Of a DNA stretch of 64,000 nucleotides, positions 19,930 through 29,904 are shown in pieces. The DNA is taken from NCBI GenBank assembly GCA_963695555.1, contig CAVOGR010000007.1, forward strand, positions 352,001-416,000, given 5' to 3'. Position 1 is the stretch's first letter. The number at the start of each line of letters is the position of its first letter. The position numbers and the translations under genes are program-made. The stretch comes from an uncultured Gemmatimonadales bacterium. GTDB lineage: Bacteria > Gemmatimonadota > Gemmatimonadetes > Gemmatimonadales > GWC2-71-9. The notes below the pieces were generated by a model, which was not told the DNA's origin, made no database searches, and saw only the letters and a list, made by a program, of their open reading frames with translations.

Positions 19930-21023
19930 TGCCAGATGCCGGGAATGCGCGCGCTGCAACTGGGGCAGAGGCCCTCCGCGGTCACGCGATTGCGGCGCAC
20001 CAAGTAACCGGAGCGCTCGATCAACCGATCGCCGCAGTCGGGGCAGTCGGTGTGCTCCCACGACCCGACGCGCCCGGCGAGGTTCCCGGCGTAGACGTAG
20101 CGCAGGCCGGCCTCCTTGCCGATCTCGCAGGCCTGGAGCAGCGCACCGACCCGGGTCCGACGACAGTCCGCCATCCGGTACTCGCCGTGGAACGCGGTCA
20201 CGTGCCACGGGATATCGGGCGATACCGAGGCGATGAACCGTGCCGCGTCACCAAGTTCCACGGGATCGTCGTTGAACCCCGGAACCACGAGGGTGACGAT
20301 CTCCAGCCAAAACCCCAGTTCGTGCACCATCCGGATGCCGTCCAGCACGGACGAGAGGACGCCCCCCAGCTTCCGGTAGGCGGAATCCGACATCGACTTG
20401 AGATCGATCTTGTAGCAATCGGTAACGGGACGGATGTACTCCAGGGCCTCGCGGGAACAGTTCCCGTTCGAGACGAATGCCGTCTTCAATCCCTGGGCCT
20501 TGGCGCGGCGGAACACCTCGACCGCCCACTCCGCCGTGATCGACGGCTCGTTGTAGGAGGACGTCACCATCGGGGCGCCCGACTGCCGGGCCAGCAGAAC
20601 CAGCTCACGGGCACTCACGATGGTCGGGCTCGTTCCCGCCGACTCGTCCCGGATCGCCTGCGACGTGAGCCAATTCTGACAATAGCCGCAGTGGAAGTCG
20701 CAGCCGAGCATGCCGAACGTGAGGGTGTCGCAACCTGGCAGGACGTGGTAGAACGGCTTCTTTTCGATAGGGTCGGTGTGCAGGCCGGCGATGTAGTTGG
20801 CCGGCGCATACAGCCTGCCGGCGCGGTTGAATCGCACCTGGCAGATGCCGCGTCGGCCAGGGCGGACGAGGCAGCGGTGGGCACACGCGAGGCATCGGAC
20901 TGCCCCGTCCGCCTCCCGGCGAACCAGCTCGGCGGGCCGGACGAAGGAATCGAGCAGCTCGGCGAGCCGAACCGACCGCGGCCGGGTGCGGAAGACGTCT
21001 TCGGAAGGAGCACCACGAGCCAT
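19926..21023 (-). CDS. amrS: AmmeMemoRadiSam-system radical SAM enzyme
   Basis: CLACAHRC, DPIEKKPFYH, CDFHCGYCQNW, C-terminal CPDC and CPSC; AAGGAGG SD. Confidence 0.88.
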   Translation of the reverse strand: MARGAPSEDVFRTRPRSVRLAELLDSFVRPAELVRREADGAVRCLACAHRCLVRPGRRGICQVRFNRAGRLYAPANYIAGLHTDPIEKKPFYHVLPGCDTLTFGMLGCDFHCGYCQNWLTSQAIRDESAGTSPTIVSARELVLLARQSGAPMVTSSYNEPSITAEWAVEVFRRAKAQGLKTAFVSNGNCSREALEYIRPVTDCYKIDLKSMSDSAYRKLGGVLSSVLDGIRMVHELGFWLEIVTLVVPGFNDDPVELGDAARFIASVSPDIPWHVTAFHGEYRMADCRRTRVGALLQACEIGKEAGLRYVYAGNLAGRVGSWEHTDCPDCGDRLIERSGYLVRRNRVTAEGLCPSCSARIPGIWH

Positions 21024-21094
21024 GGGCACCTCCTTGGCGGTAAGCCTAGACCAATAATAGCGCGATCCTTGCCCCGAGAGATACCTTCCAAATC

Positions 21095-24000
21095 ATGTCG
21101 CTCTCAGGCTTCCACCCCGCCGTCGCCCGCTGGTTCACCGACGCCATCGGCGAGCCAACCCACGCCCAAGAACGGGGGTGGGAGGCCATCCGCAAGGGGC
21201 AGAACACGCTCATCGCGGCCCCGACCGGCTCCGGGAAGACCTTTGCCGCGTTCCTGAACGCCCTGGATCAGCTGTGCCGGGAAGGCCTGGAGCAGGGCCT
21301 CCCGGACGAGGTCCGGGTGGTCTACGTCTCACCGCTCAAGGCGTTGAGCGCCGATATCCACAAGAACCTGGTCGAGCCGCGCGAGGGCATCGCCGAAACG
21401 GCGCTTCGCATGGGGCTCGAGCCGGTGAAGACTACCGCTGCAGTTCGAACGGGCGACACGACCAGTGCGGCGCGCGCCGCCATGCTCAAGCGCCCGCCGC
21501 ACATTCTGGTGACGACGCCCGAGTCGCTCTACCTGCTGCTCACCGCCAAGCGCAGCCGCGAAATGCTCCGCACAGTGCGGACGGTCATCGTGGACGAGAT
21601 CCACGCCGTGGTCCAGTCGCGCCGCGGCTCGCACTTGGCGCTCAGTCTCGAACGGCTCGAGCACGTTACGGGTGGGTCGCTCCAGCGTATCGGCCTCTCG
21701 GCGACGCAGCATCCGATCGACCAGGTCGCGCGATTCCTGGTCGGCATCCGGCCGGATGGTACAGCACGGGAATGCACCGTGGTCGATGAAGGACACCGCC
21801 GGGCACTCGATCTGGCCCTCGAGTTGCCAGGCTCGCCGCTCGAATCGGTCATGTCGCACGAAGTGTGGGAAGAGGTATTCGACCGGCTCGCCCAGCTCAT
21901 CGAGGAACACCGCGTCACCCTCGTCTTCGTCAACACCCGCCGCCTGGCGGAACGGGTCGCACGCGATCTCGAGAAACGGTTGGGAGGGGACGCGGTCACC
22001 GCGCACCATGGGAGCCTGGCCAAGGAAGCCCGGCTCGATGCGGAACAGCGGCTCAAGGAAGGCCGGCTCAAGGCCCTCGTTGCGACGGCGTCACTCGAAT
22101 TGGGCATCGACATCGGCTATGTCGACCTGGTGTGCCAGCTGGGCTCCCCGCATTGGATCTCGACCCTGCTCCAGCGAGTGGGCCGCTCGGGGCATACCAT
22201 CCGCGGTACACCGAAGGGCCGCCTGTTCCCACTCACCCGCGACGACTTGATCGAATGTACGGCGCTCGTTCGCGCGGTGGGCGAGGGCGAGCTGGACCGG
22301 ATCGTCATTCTCGAGCGGCCCCGCGACGTCTTGGCTCAACAAATCGTGGCCGAAGCAGCCAGCGAGGACTGGAACGAAGCAGCGCTGTTCGACCTGGTGC
22401 GCCGGGCCTATCCCTATCGCGCGCTCGAGCGAAGGGAATTCGACAACATCGTACGCATGGCAGCCGAGGGGTTTACCACCCGCCGGGGCCGCCGGGGGGC
22501 GTTGCTGCACTACGATGGAGTGAACGGAACGATTCGGGGCCGGCGCGGAGCCCGGATGCTGGCGATCACGTCAGGCGGGGCCATCCCCGACAACGCCGAC
22601 TATCGGGTGATCCTCGAGCCGGAAGACACCTTCATCGGCACCCTCAACGAAGACTTCGCCGTCGAGAGCATGGCGGGTGACATCTTTCAGCTGGGGAACA
22701 CGTCCTGGCGCATCCTCCAGATAGGCCCCGGCATCGTCCGAGTAGCGGACGCCAGGGGAGAGCCGCCGAACATTCCATTCTGGTTCGGGGAAGCGCCGGC
22801 GCGGAGCGCTGAATTATCTCAGGCGGTTGCTCGGCTGCGTGCCGACATCGAGCCGCAGCTCCACGATGCGGACGCCGCCGTCGTGTGGCTCGTGGACCGT
22901 GTCGGCATCTCGCAGGCCGCGGCCCATCAAATCGTGCACTACCTGGCGGATGCCAAGCGATTGCTCGGCCTTCTCCCGACCCAGGAAACCCTCATTCTCG
23001 AGCGATTCTTCGATGAATCGGGCGGCATGCAGCTGGTACTGCACGCACCATTCGGCAGCCGAGTGAATCGGGCGTGGGGACTGGCACTGCGGAAGAAGTT
23101 TTGCCGCTCCTTTAACTTCGAATTGCAAGCCGCGGCCACCGAGGAAGGCGTGCTCTTGTCGCTGGGGCCGCAGCATTCCTTCCCGTTGGATGACGTGTTC
23201 CGCTATCTCCATCCGCGCACACTGCGCGACACGCTGATCCAGGCCCTCCTCGACTCGCCGATGTTCCCAACTCGGTGGCGGTGGAACGCCACCATCTCGC
23301 TCGCGGTGCTCCGTCAGCGCGCCGGCCGGCGGACTCCGGCGCCACTCCAGCGAATGGAAGCGGACGACCTCATGGCCGCGGCCTTTCCCGACGCGGCCGC
23401 CTGTCTCGAGAACATCGCCGGGGACCGGGAAATCCCCGACCACCCGCTGGTGCAGCAGACCATCGAGGACTGCCTGACCGAGGCGATGAACCTTCCCGAG
23501 TTGGTCCCGATCATCGAGCGCATTTTTGCGGGCGACATCGCGTGCGTCTCGCGCGACACCCCTGAGCCCTCGGTTCTCTGTCATGAAATCCTGAACGCGC
23601 GTCCGTACGCCTTCCTGGACGACGCCCCGCTGGAGGAACGCCGCACCCAGGCCGTCTATACCCGCCGCGCCACCGAGCCGTCGAGCGCAAGGGACCTGGG
23701 CGCCCTGGATACGGAGGCCATCGGCCGCGTCAAGGACGAAGCGTGGCCGGATCCTCGCGACGCCGATGAGCTGCATGATGCCCTCATGCAATGCGGCTTC
23801 GTCACCGCGCAGGAAGGGAAGGACAGTAGGGACTCGTGGGGGCCGCTGTTCCAAGAGCTGGCAGCAGCGGGTCGCGCGACCGAGGTCACGATTGCCGATG
23901 GAGGCCACCGATCCGCAATTAGGTGGTGGGTCGCAACCGAGCGGGTGCCGGAAGTCCGGGCGATCCATGTCGTACAGCTCGAACCAGCGGTGTCGGTTCC

Positions 24001-25441
24001 GGAGCGCTTCAGGAGGGAGTGGGATCGATCGGAGGTGGCGAAGGAATTCGTTCGGAGCCGGCTCGATGTCGTTGGGCCGACGACCCAAGCCGCGTTGGCA
24101 TCGTCGCTCGCCCTTCCGGAGTCAGATGTCGAGCCGGCGCTCGCCGCGCTCGAAGCGGATGGCGCCGTGCTCCGCGGCAGCTTCACCCCCGGCGCCACAG
24201 GACGGGAGTGGTGCGAGCGACGTCTCCTCGCCCGGATGCATCGCTACACGCTGAACCGGCTCCGGGCGGAGATCGAGCCGGTCGCGCCGGCGGATTTCAT
24301 GCGGTTCCTGTTCGCATGGCAGAAGCTCGACCCCGAATATCGCGTGCGTGGAGCCGACGGCCTGGCCGCAATCGTGGCCCAACTCGACGGCTACGAGTGC
24401 GCCGCCGGTGTCTGGGAGCGCGACGTGCTGCCCTCGCGCATGGACGACTACGATCCCGACATGCTCGATACCCTGTCGTTCACGGGACGGGTGATGTGGA
24501 GCAGGCTGTCGACCCCGGCCCGCTCCCGGGACGAGAGCGGACCGGCCGGTCCCATTCGCAGCACGCCCATCGCTCTCTACTTACGCGAGCATGCCGGGTC
24601 ATGGCTCGCGCTCGTTCGTCCGACCCCTACCCCATCTCTCGGCGCGCATGCCGCCCAAGTGCACGACGCGCTCGAACGGAAGGGGGCGGTCTTCTTCCAG
24701 GAGCTGGTGGACGAGGCAGGGCTCTTGGCAACCCAGGTGGAGCTGGCGCTGGCGGAGTTGGTGGGGTTGGGCCTGGTCACGTCCGATAGCTTCGCCGGGC
24801 TTCGGGCGCTGCTCACCCCGTCCGACCGTCGCAAACCACTCCGCGCGGCGAGTCACACCCGTCGAAGGACGACGGCACCGGTGGGAATCGAATCGGCGGG
24901 GCGCTGGTCGCGGATATGCATGGAGGGGAGCTCAGCGCCCGAGCACGCGAGCGCGGCGGTTGAGGCCCAGGCGTGGGCATTGCTGCGCCGCTACGGCGTG
25001 GCGTTCCGGCGGTTACTGGCCCGCGAGTCGAACCTGGCCCCGTGGCGCGACCTGACGGCGGTGTACCGCCGGCTCGAAGCGCGCGGGGAGATCCGAGGTG
25101 GCCGGTTCGTGTCCGGCATGAGCGGCGAGCAGTTCGCGCTGCCGGAGGCGGTGGGGCAACTACGCAAGATCCGACGTGAGGCCGTCGCCGGACAACTCGT
25201 CGGGATCAGCGCATCTGATCCGCTCAATCTGAGCGGGGTGATAACACCGGGACGCCGGATTCCGGCCGTGGCGACCAATCGTGTGGTGTATCTCGACGGC
25301 GTGCCTATCGCGGCCCAAGAGGCCGGCTCGTTCGTCGCTCTTACAGAGTTCGATGCCTCGCTTCGGCGTGACGTCGATCGGGCACTGGTCAGGGTCCGGA
25401 TGCCGCCCAAGCTACGGGTGTACCTGGGGCGCGCCGGCTAG
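21095..25441 (+). CDS. lhr: Lhr-family superfamily 2 helicase
   Basis: APTGSGKT, TTPESL, DEIH, LSAT, HHGSL, SLELGID and QRVGRSGH motifs; long C-terminal region. Confidence 0.9.
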   Translation: MSLSGFHPAVARWFTDAIGEPTHAQERGWEAIRKGQNTLIAAPTGSGKTFAAFLNALDQLCREGLEQGLPDEVRVVYVSPLKALSADIHKNLVEPREGIAETALRMGLEPVKTTAAVRTGDTTSAARAAMLKRPPHILVTTPESLYLLLTAKRSREMLRTVRTVIVDEIHAVVQSRRGSHLALSLERLEHVTGGSLQRIGLSATQHPIDQVARFLVGIRPDGTARECTVVDEGHRRALDLALELPGSPLESVMSHEVWEEVFDRLAQLIEEHRVTLVFVNTRRLAERVARDLEKRLGGDAVTAHHGSLAKEARLDAEQRLKEGRLKALVATASLELGIDIGYVDLVCQLGSPHWISTLLQRVGRSGHTIRGTPKGRLFPLTRDDLIECTALVRAVGEGELDRIVILERPRDVLAQQIVAEAASEDWNEAALFDLVRRAYPYRALERREFDNIVRMAAEGFTTRRGRRGALLHYDGVNGTIRGRRGARMLAITSGGAIPDNADYRVILEPEDTFIGTLNEDFAVESMAGDIFQLGNTSWRILQIGPGIVRVADARGEPPNIPFWFGEAPARSAELSQAVARLRADIEPQLHDADAAVVWLVDRVGISQAAAHQIVHYLADAKRLLGLLPTQETLILERFFDESGGMQLVLHAPFGSRVNRAWGLALRKKFCRSFNFELQAAATEEGVLLSLGPQHSFPLDDVFRYLHPRTLRDTLIQALLDSPMFPTRWRWNATISLAVLRQRAGRRTPAPLQRMEADDLMAAAFPDAAACLENIAGDREIPDHPLVQQTIEDCLTEAMNLPELVPIIERIFAGDIACVSRDTPEPSVLCHEILNARPYAFLDDAPLEERRTQAVYTRRATEPSSARDLGALDTEAIGRVKDEAWPDPRDADELHDALMQCGFVTAQEGKDSRDSWGPLFQELAAAGRATEVTIADGGHRSAIRWWVATERVPEVRAIHVVQLEPAVSVPERFRREWDRSEVAKEFVRSRLDVVGPTTQAALASSLALPESDVEPALAALEADGAVLRGSFTPGATGREWCERRLLARMHRYTLNRLRAEIEPVAPADFMRFLFAWQKLDPEYRVRGADGLAAIVAQLDGYECAAGVWERDVLPSRMDDYDPDMLDTLSFTGRVMWSRLSTPARSRDESGPAGPIRSTPIALYLREHAGSWLALVRPTPTPSLGAHAAQVHDALERKGAVFFQELVDEAGLLATQVELALAELVGLGLVTSDSFAGLRALLTPSDRRKPLRAASHTRRRTTAPVGIESAGRWSRICMEGSSAPEHASAAVEAQAWALLRRYGVAFRRLLARESNLAPWRDLTAVYRRLEARGEIRGGRFVSGMSGEQFALPEAVGQLRKIRREAVAGQLVGISASDPLNLSGVITPGRRIPAVATNRVVYLDGVPIAAQEAGSFVALTEFDASLRRDVDRALVRVRMPPKLRVYLGRAG

Positions 25442-25457
25442 TCACCCTCGCAGGCTG

Positions 25458-25982
25458 TTACCAACCTTCCCGTTCGCGCAACGACGTGATGTGCGTGATG
25501 TGATGATCCCCATGCCAGGCGTACAGCGCGAGCATGGCGTCCAGGCTGAGAATGCCGATCTCGGGATGGTCGAGCGTGCGTGCCAGGTGCTCGGGCGAGA
25601 GCGACTGGAGCAGTGCGACCCATCTCAGGTGAAGCGCCTCGAGCAGATCGAGGGATGCTTCGATCGGGCCAGTCTTCTCGTCCGGTAGCTCCGCCCAGCG
25701 GTCTTCATGGTAGGTGCAGACGACCGGCTGGTCTTCGGTGAGGGCGCGTTTGAACCGGATGTAGCTGTTCATGTGGCTATCGGGCAGGTGATGCACCACT
25801 TGCCGGACGGTCCAGCCCCCCGGGCGATACTGGGTGTCGAGTTGCCGCGGGCCCAACCCATCGACCGCGCCCCGTAACCGCCGTGGCACGCTGGCAATCC
25901 GGTCGATCGCCGCGCTTCGGCTCGCGGTGTTGTAGGTGTCCGGCTTGACGAAGGGACCGATGGGATAACGAAGGTCGGCCAT
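25458..25982 (-). CDS. YfiT/DinB-family thiol S-transferase
   Basis: MADLRYPIG, YRPGGWTVRQVVHHLPDSH and YAWHGDHH motifs. Confidence 0.88.
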   Translation of the reverse strand: MADLRYPIGPFVKPDTYNTASRSAAIDRIASVPRRLRGAVDGLGPRQLDTQYRPGGWTVRQVVHHLPDSHMNSYIRFKRALTEDQPVVCTYHEDRWAELPDEKTGPIEASLDLLEALHLRWVALLQSLSPEHLARTLDHPEIGILSLDAMLALYAWHGDHHITHITSLREREGW

Positions 25983-26001
25983 GATGGAGTCGACTCCGGC
26001 G

Positions 26002-26538
26002 TCAGAGCGAGGGAAGGTACTTCGTTTCCAGGACTTTCCGGTGATGGATTTCGTGACCCCCAATGATATACGGGAGCGACCGAACGGTGAACGCGACATC
26101 ACTGGCAATGCCGCGGCGGGGCCACGCCTCCGGGTCGAAGCCATTAAACATGGCGAGAGTGGCCTGCCGCACGGACGCGAACTCGTCGAGCAGCGAGGCG
26201 AGAGTGCGTCGGTCGAAATGTCCCGCCTCGACCCAATCATCCTGCTCCATGCTCGGGAGCGGAGCTCGGTCTCGGCGAGCAAAGTGGAGTGCGCGCTCGG
26301 CGAACACCCGCTCCACGTCGATCACGTGACCCACGACCTCCTTGACGGACCATTTTCCTGGGGCGTAGCGGAATGCCGCCTGGGCCTCATCGAGCGGTGT
26401 CAGCAGGGCAACGGTGCGGCCGACCTCCTGGGCCAGGAGCTCCAGCACGCTCCCCTCCGGAACCTGGCGGACGTAGAGACCATAGTAGGGCGCGTGCTCG
26501 TCGGCGCCGGGACGCTTCACGCCGGGGTCCTCTGACAT
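26002..26538 (-). CDS. DinB-family protein
   Basis: YAPGKWSVKEVVGHVIDVERVF and GHEIHH motifs. Confidence 0.88.
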   Translation of the reverse strand: MSEDPGVKRPGADEHAPYYGLYVRQVPEGSVLELLAQEVGRTVALLTPLDEAQAAFRYAPGKWSVKEVVGHVIDVERVFAERALHFARRDRAPLPSMEQDDWVEAGHFDRRTLASLLDEFASVRQATLAMFNGFDPEAWPRRGIASDVAFTVRSLPYIIGGHEIHHRKVLETKYLPSL

Positions 26539-26544
26539 TTTGGC

Positions 26545-27012
26545 CTACGGAACCCGGACGTAATACCCCGACACGCGCCAGGTTCCATCCGTGTCGCGCA
26601 GCGGCGTGAGGGTCTCGACCAGCTTGGTGTTATCCGCGGCCATCACCTGATATTGGATCACCACGTACTGGCCCTTGGGCGCCCCGGGCAGTTCGGTCAT
26701 GTACTTGGCGCCCAGGAATTGGCGCGCGCCCATGGGTTCAAAGGGACCCCGTGCCTGGAGAACGGCGGCCTCCCATTGCTCCTCGGTGACGGCCGCTTTG
26801 AACATGCTGGCGGCCGCTGCCCAGCTCTTCCCATACTCGGCCGCGTCCACCAATTCGAGCCAGCTCTGGGCTGCCTTCTTGGCGGCCTCGACCGCGGCGG
26901 TCTCCGCACTATCGGGCATCGCCTTCTCCTGGGCGCCGGCCATTGTCGTGCCGACGAGCCCTGCCAGCACGGCCACAACGAAGCTGAGGGCAGTTCGTGA
27001 GTGTCGTTGCAT
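26545..27012 (-). CDS. Secreted protein, DUF4019-like
   Basis: Signal peptide; WLELVDA.EY.KSW, LPGAP.G.YVVIQY and WRVSGY motifs. Confidence 0.75.
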   Translation of the reverse strand: MQRHSRTALSFVVAVLAGLVGTTMAGAQEKAMPDSAETAAVEAAKKAAQSWLELVDAAEYGKSWAAAASMFKAAVTEEQWEAAVLQARGPFEPMGARQFLGAKYMTELPGAPKGQYVVIQYQVMAADNTKLVETLTPLRDTDGTWRVSGYYVRVP

Positions 27013-27166
27013 GTCGCATTCCTCGGTGTTGGGTTCTGCGGTGAGCCGTGCCGTCCAACCGGCGCTTCTTCAATTGAAAGGTAAACATTAGTGGAGTCCC
27101 TGAGCCACCTGATTGGCCCGCGCCAGTTCTCTGGGTTATCCTCCAGGCCTCCCGAACCACGCTCAT

Positions 27167-28777
27167 ATGCAATTCGGCCCACTTCCGCTCGACCAGGCAC
27201 TCGACTCCATCATGGCGCACACTGTGCGCCTGCCCGGTCGTGGGGCGATCAAGAAGGGCCACGTGCTGACAGCCACCGATCTCGCGGCACTGCGCTCGGC
27301 CGGCGTGGCCGAGGTGGTGGTGGCACGGCTCGAAACCGGAGACGTCGGGGAAGACGACGCCGCGGCCCTCACGGCCCGAGCCCTGGCCGGCAGCCAGATC
27401 GAGGTCGGTGATGCCTCCACAGGCCGCGCGAACCTACGATCCGCCACGCACGGATTGATGGTGGTCGATGCGGCGAGAGTCGAGCGGCTCAATCGTATCG
27501 ATGAGTCGCTGACCGTGGCGACGCAGACTCCCAACACCGCCGTCCTTGCCGGGGACCTGGTTGCCACGGTCAAGGTCATACCCTTCGGAGCCCCCGCCTG
27601 GGCCGTCGAGCAATGGGTCGCGCTCTGCCGGGAGGGCGAGGCGGTGCTCGAGGTCGCGCCGTTCGTGACGCATCGCGTGGGACTGATCGCAACCAGCCTG
27701 AGTGATACTTCGAAGTCGGCGCTCGACCGCGCCATCGAGGCGGTCAGCGCCCGCATCGCGCGGCTCGGGAGCCATGTGGACCGAGTGTCCCGGTGCGATC
27801 ACGATCCGGCCCCGGTGGCTGAGGCGATTCTCGATCTGGTTGCCGAGCATGTCGATCTCATCCTCGTGATCGGCGCGTCGGCCACGGTGGACCGGCGCGA
27901 CGTGGTACCGGCCGCAATCGAACGGGCCGGTGGCCGGGTCGATCACTTCGGCATCCCGGTCGATCCCGGCAACCTGCTCCTGCTCGGCCAATGTCGGGAA
28001 ACCAGCGTGATCGGTGTGCCTGGCTGCGCCCGCTCGCTCAAGCCGAGTGGATTCGACCGGATACTGGAGCGACAGCTGGCGAACCTGCCGGTGACCGCGG
28101 AGTCCCTGGCCGGAATGGGGGTAGGGGGACTCATGAAAGAGATTCCGTCGCGTCCCCTGCCCCGTGCCGGCCAACGAAAAGAGCCGGCGCACATGCCAGG
28201 TCCGCGCATTGCCGCAGTGCTCCTTGCCGCAGGCATGTCGCGACGCATGGGCGCCCGCAACAAACTCCTGGCCGAAGTTCGAGGCGTGCCAATGATTGCG
28301 CGCGTTGTGGAGACATTGCGTCGCTCTCGCGTGCAGCCGATCGTGGTCGTGACCGGTCATGACGCTGCGGCGGTAGAGGCTGCCCTGGCCGGATTGCCGG
28401 TCCGGGTCGTTTGCAACCCCGACTATGCCCGAGGGCTGAGCGCTTCGCTTCGCGTGGGGCTCCAGGCACTCGAGCCGGATCGTGACGGCGTGCTCGTCAT
28501 GCTTGGCGATATGCCCTGGGTCGCGAGCGCAACTATCGAAGCGCTGCTCGATGCATTCGAGGCTAACGGCGTGGGGTCGATCTGCGTTCCGACCTACGAT
28601 CGCAAGCGGGGGAATCCAGTCCTCTGGCCCGCGCGCTACGTCGACGAAATGAAAGCACTCACCGGGGACGTGGGTGCGCGGCACCTCCTGGCACAACACG
28701 ATGACGAGGTGTGTGAAGTCGAGGTGGACGATGCCGGGGTGCTGCGCGATGTGGATGTTAGCGACGACCTGCCATAG
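27167..28777 (+). CDS. MoeA-like molybdopterin-binding domain fused to MocA-like nucleotidyltransferase
   Basis: PVDPGNLL and GVPGCARS in the N-half; LLAAGMSRRMG..K, LGDMP and GNPVLW in the C-half. Confidence 0.85.
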   Translation: MQFGPLPLDQALDSIMAHTVRLPGRGAIKKGHVLTATDLAALRSAGVAEVVVARLETGDVGEDDAAALTARALAGSQIEVGDASTGRANLRSATHGLMVVDAARVERLNRIDESLTVATQTPNTAVLAGDLVATVKVIPFGAPAWAVEQWVALCREGEAVLEVAPFVTHRVGLIATSLSDTSKSALDRAIEAVSARIARLGSHVDRVSRCDHDPAPVAEAILDLVAEHVDLILVIGASATVDRRDVVPAAIERAGGRVDHFGIPVDPGNLLLLGQCRETSVIGVPGCARSLKPSGFDRILERQLANLPVTAESLAGMGVGGLMKEIPSRPLPRAGQRKEPAHMPGPRIAAVLLAAGMSRRMGARNKLLAEVRGVPMIARVVETLRRSRVQPIVVVTGHDAAAVEAALAGLPVRVVCNPDYARGLSASLRVGLQALEPDRDGVLVMLGDMPWVASATIEALLDAFEANGVGSICVPTYDRKRGNPVLWPARYVDEMKALTGDVGARHLLAQHDDEVCEVEVDDAGVLRDVDVSDDLP

Positions 28778-28804
28778 CGCCCAAGAACACGCGGCCGCGC
28801 TGCC

Positions 28805-29164
28805 CTAGATCCAATCCAACTGCTCGACGGTACGCTCGTTTCTAAGCGTGCCCGTATTGAGCGTCGATGCCGGCTCGAACAGGAGCACGTGCACTTCCTC
28901 ATCCGCCACCGGCTTGTGCTCGATGCCTCGCGGTATGATGACGAATTCGCCAGGGTCGAGCACGATGTCTCGATCCCGGAGCTGGATGACCAGGCGTCCC
29001 TCGATCACCAGGAACAACTCGTCCTCGTTCTCGTGGGCATGCCACACGAACTCCCCCTGGAGCTTCGCCAGCTTGACCTGTTGGCCGTTCAGTTGGCCCA
29101 CGATCCTGGGTCGCCAGTGGTCGGTGAAGCGCGAGAGCTTATCCGACAGATTGATCTTTTCCAT
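28805..29164 (-). CDS. Cupin-domain protein
   Basis: GEFVWHAHENEDELF and IPRGIEHKP motifs. Confidence 0.9.
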   Translation of the reverse strand: MEKINLSDKLSRFTDHWRPRIVGQLNGQQVKLAKLQGEFVWHAHENEDELFLVIEGRLVIQLRDRDIVLDPGEFVIIPRGIEHKPVADEEVHVLLFEPASTLNTGTLRNERTVEQLDWI

Positions 29165-29393
29165 CGCGGAGTTTCCCCCTGCAGGACGTGGGAGGCTACT
29201 GCGGAACGATGGCGGTGGGCCGCGGAAAACGCCAGACGATCATCATGCCCGCCCGCGCCCTGCGACGCGCGCCGTCAGGCTATCGACCCCGGGACGATAT
29301 CCGTATACTATTCCGCCGGCCGTCGTCTTGGCGGCCACACACCACCACCCACTCGCGCGAGCTGCATTCCGCGCACTCAGGGAGACACATCTC

Positions 29394-29822
29394 ATGGATC
29401 GTAAGGCGGAAGCCCGCTGGAGCGGTGATCTGAAGAGTGGCACAGGCACAGTGCACCTCGGGAGCCGTGCGTTCGAGGGCCCCTATTCCTTCATGAGCCG
29501 GTTCGAGAGCGGTTCCGGCACCAACCCCGAGGAGTTGCTCGGCGCGGCCCATGCCGGGTGCTATTCCATGGCGCTGGCGCACGCCCTGGCGATGGGCGGC
29601 CACCCGGCTACCAGCGTCAAGACAACGGCCACCGTACACCTCACCAAGGAGGGGGCCGGCTTTGCCATCACGGGCATCGACCTGGTCACCCACGGCGTTG
29701 TCCCGGGCGTGTCGGCCAAGGACTTCCAGCGGCTCGCGGAGGAGACCAAGACCAACTGCATCGTCTCGAAGGCGCTCTCCGCAGTCCCGATGACACTCAA
29801 GGCCACGTTGGCCACGGCGTAG
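29394..29822 (+). CDS. osmC: OsmC-family peroxiredoxin
   Basis: SRFE.G.GTNPEELLGAAHAGC and CIVSKAL motifs. Confidence 0.92.
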   Translation: MDRKAEARWSGDLKSGTGTVHLGSRAFEGPYSFMSRFESGSGTNPEELLGAAHAGCYSMALAHALAMGGHPATSVKTTATVHLTKEGAGFAITGIDLVTHGVVPGVSAKDFQRLAEETKTNCIVSKALSAVPMTLKATLATA

Positions 29823-29904
29823 CCGCGGCGGCACGCGGCAAGTCGAAGACTTCGGGGTTTGGGCGCGCGTACGCCGTCTAGCAATGAGGCTCGATTCCAT
29901 TCGC

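Noticed and set aside
21095..25441. Lhr helicase or the HD protein (1531-2823) as anti-phage defence systems
   Set aside because: Both sit in ordinary housekeeping context with host-like composition and no defence partners
27167..28777. MoeA-like/MocA fusion as a novelty
   Set aside because: This architecture is already known in other bacteria
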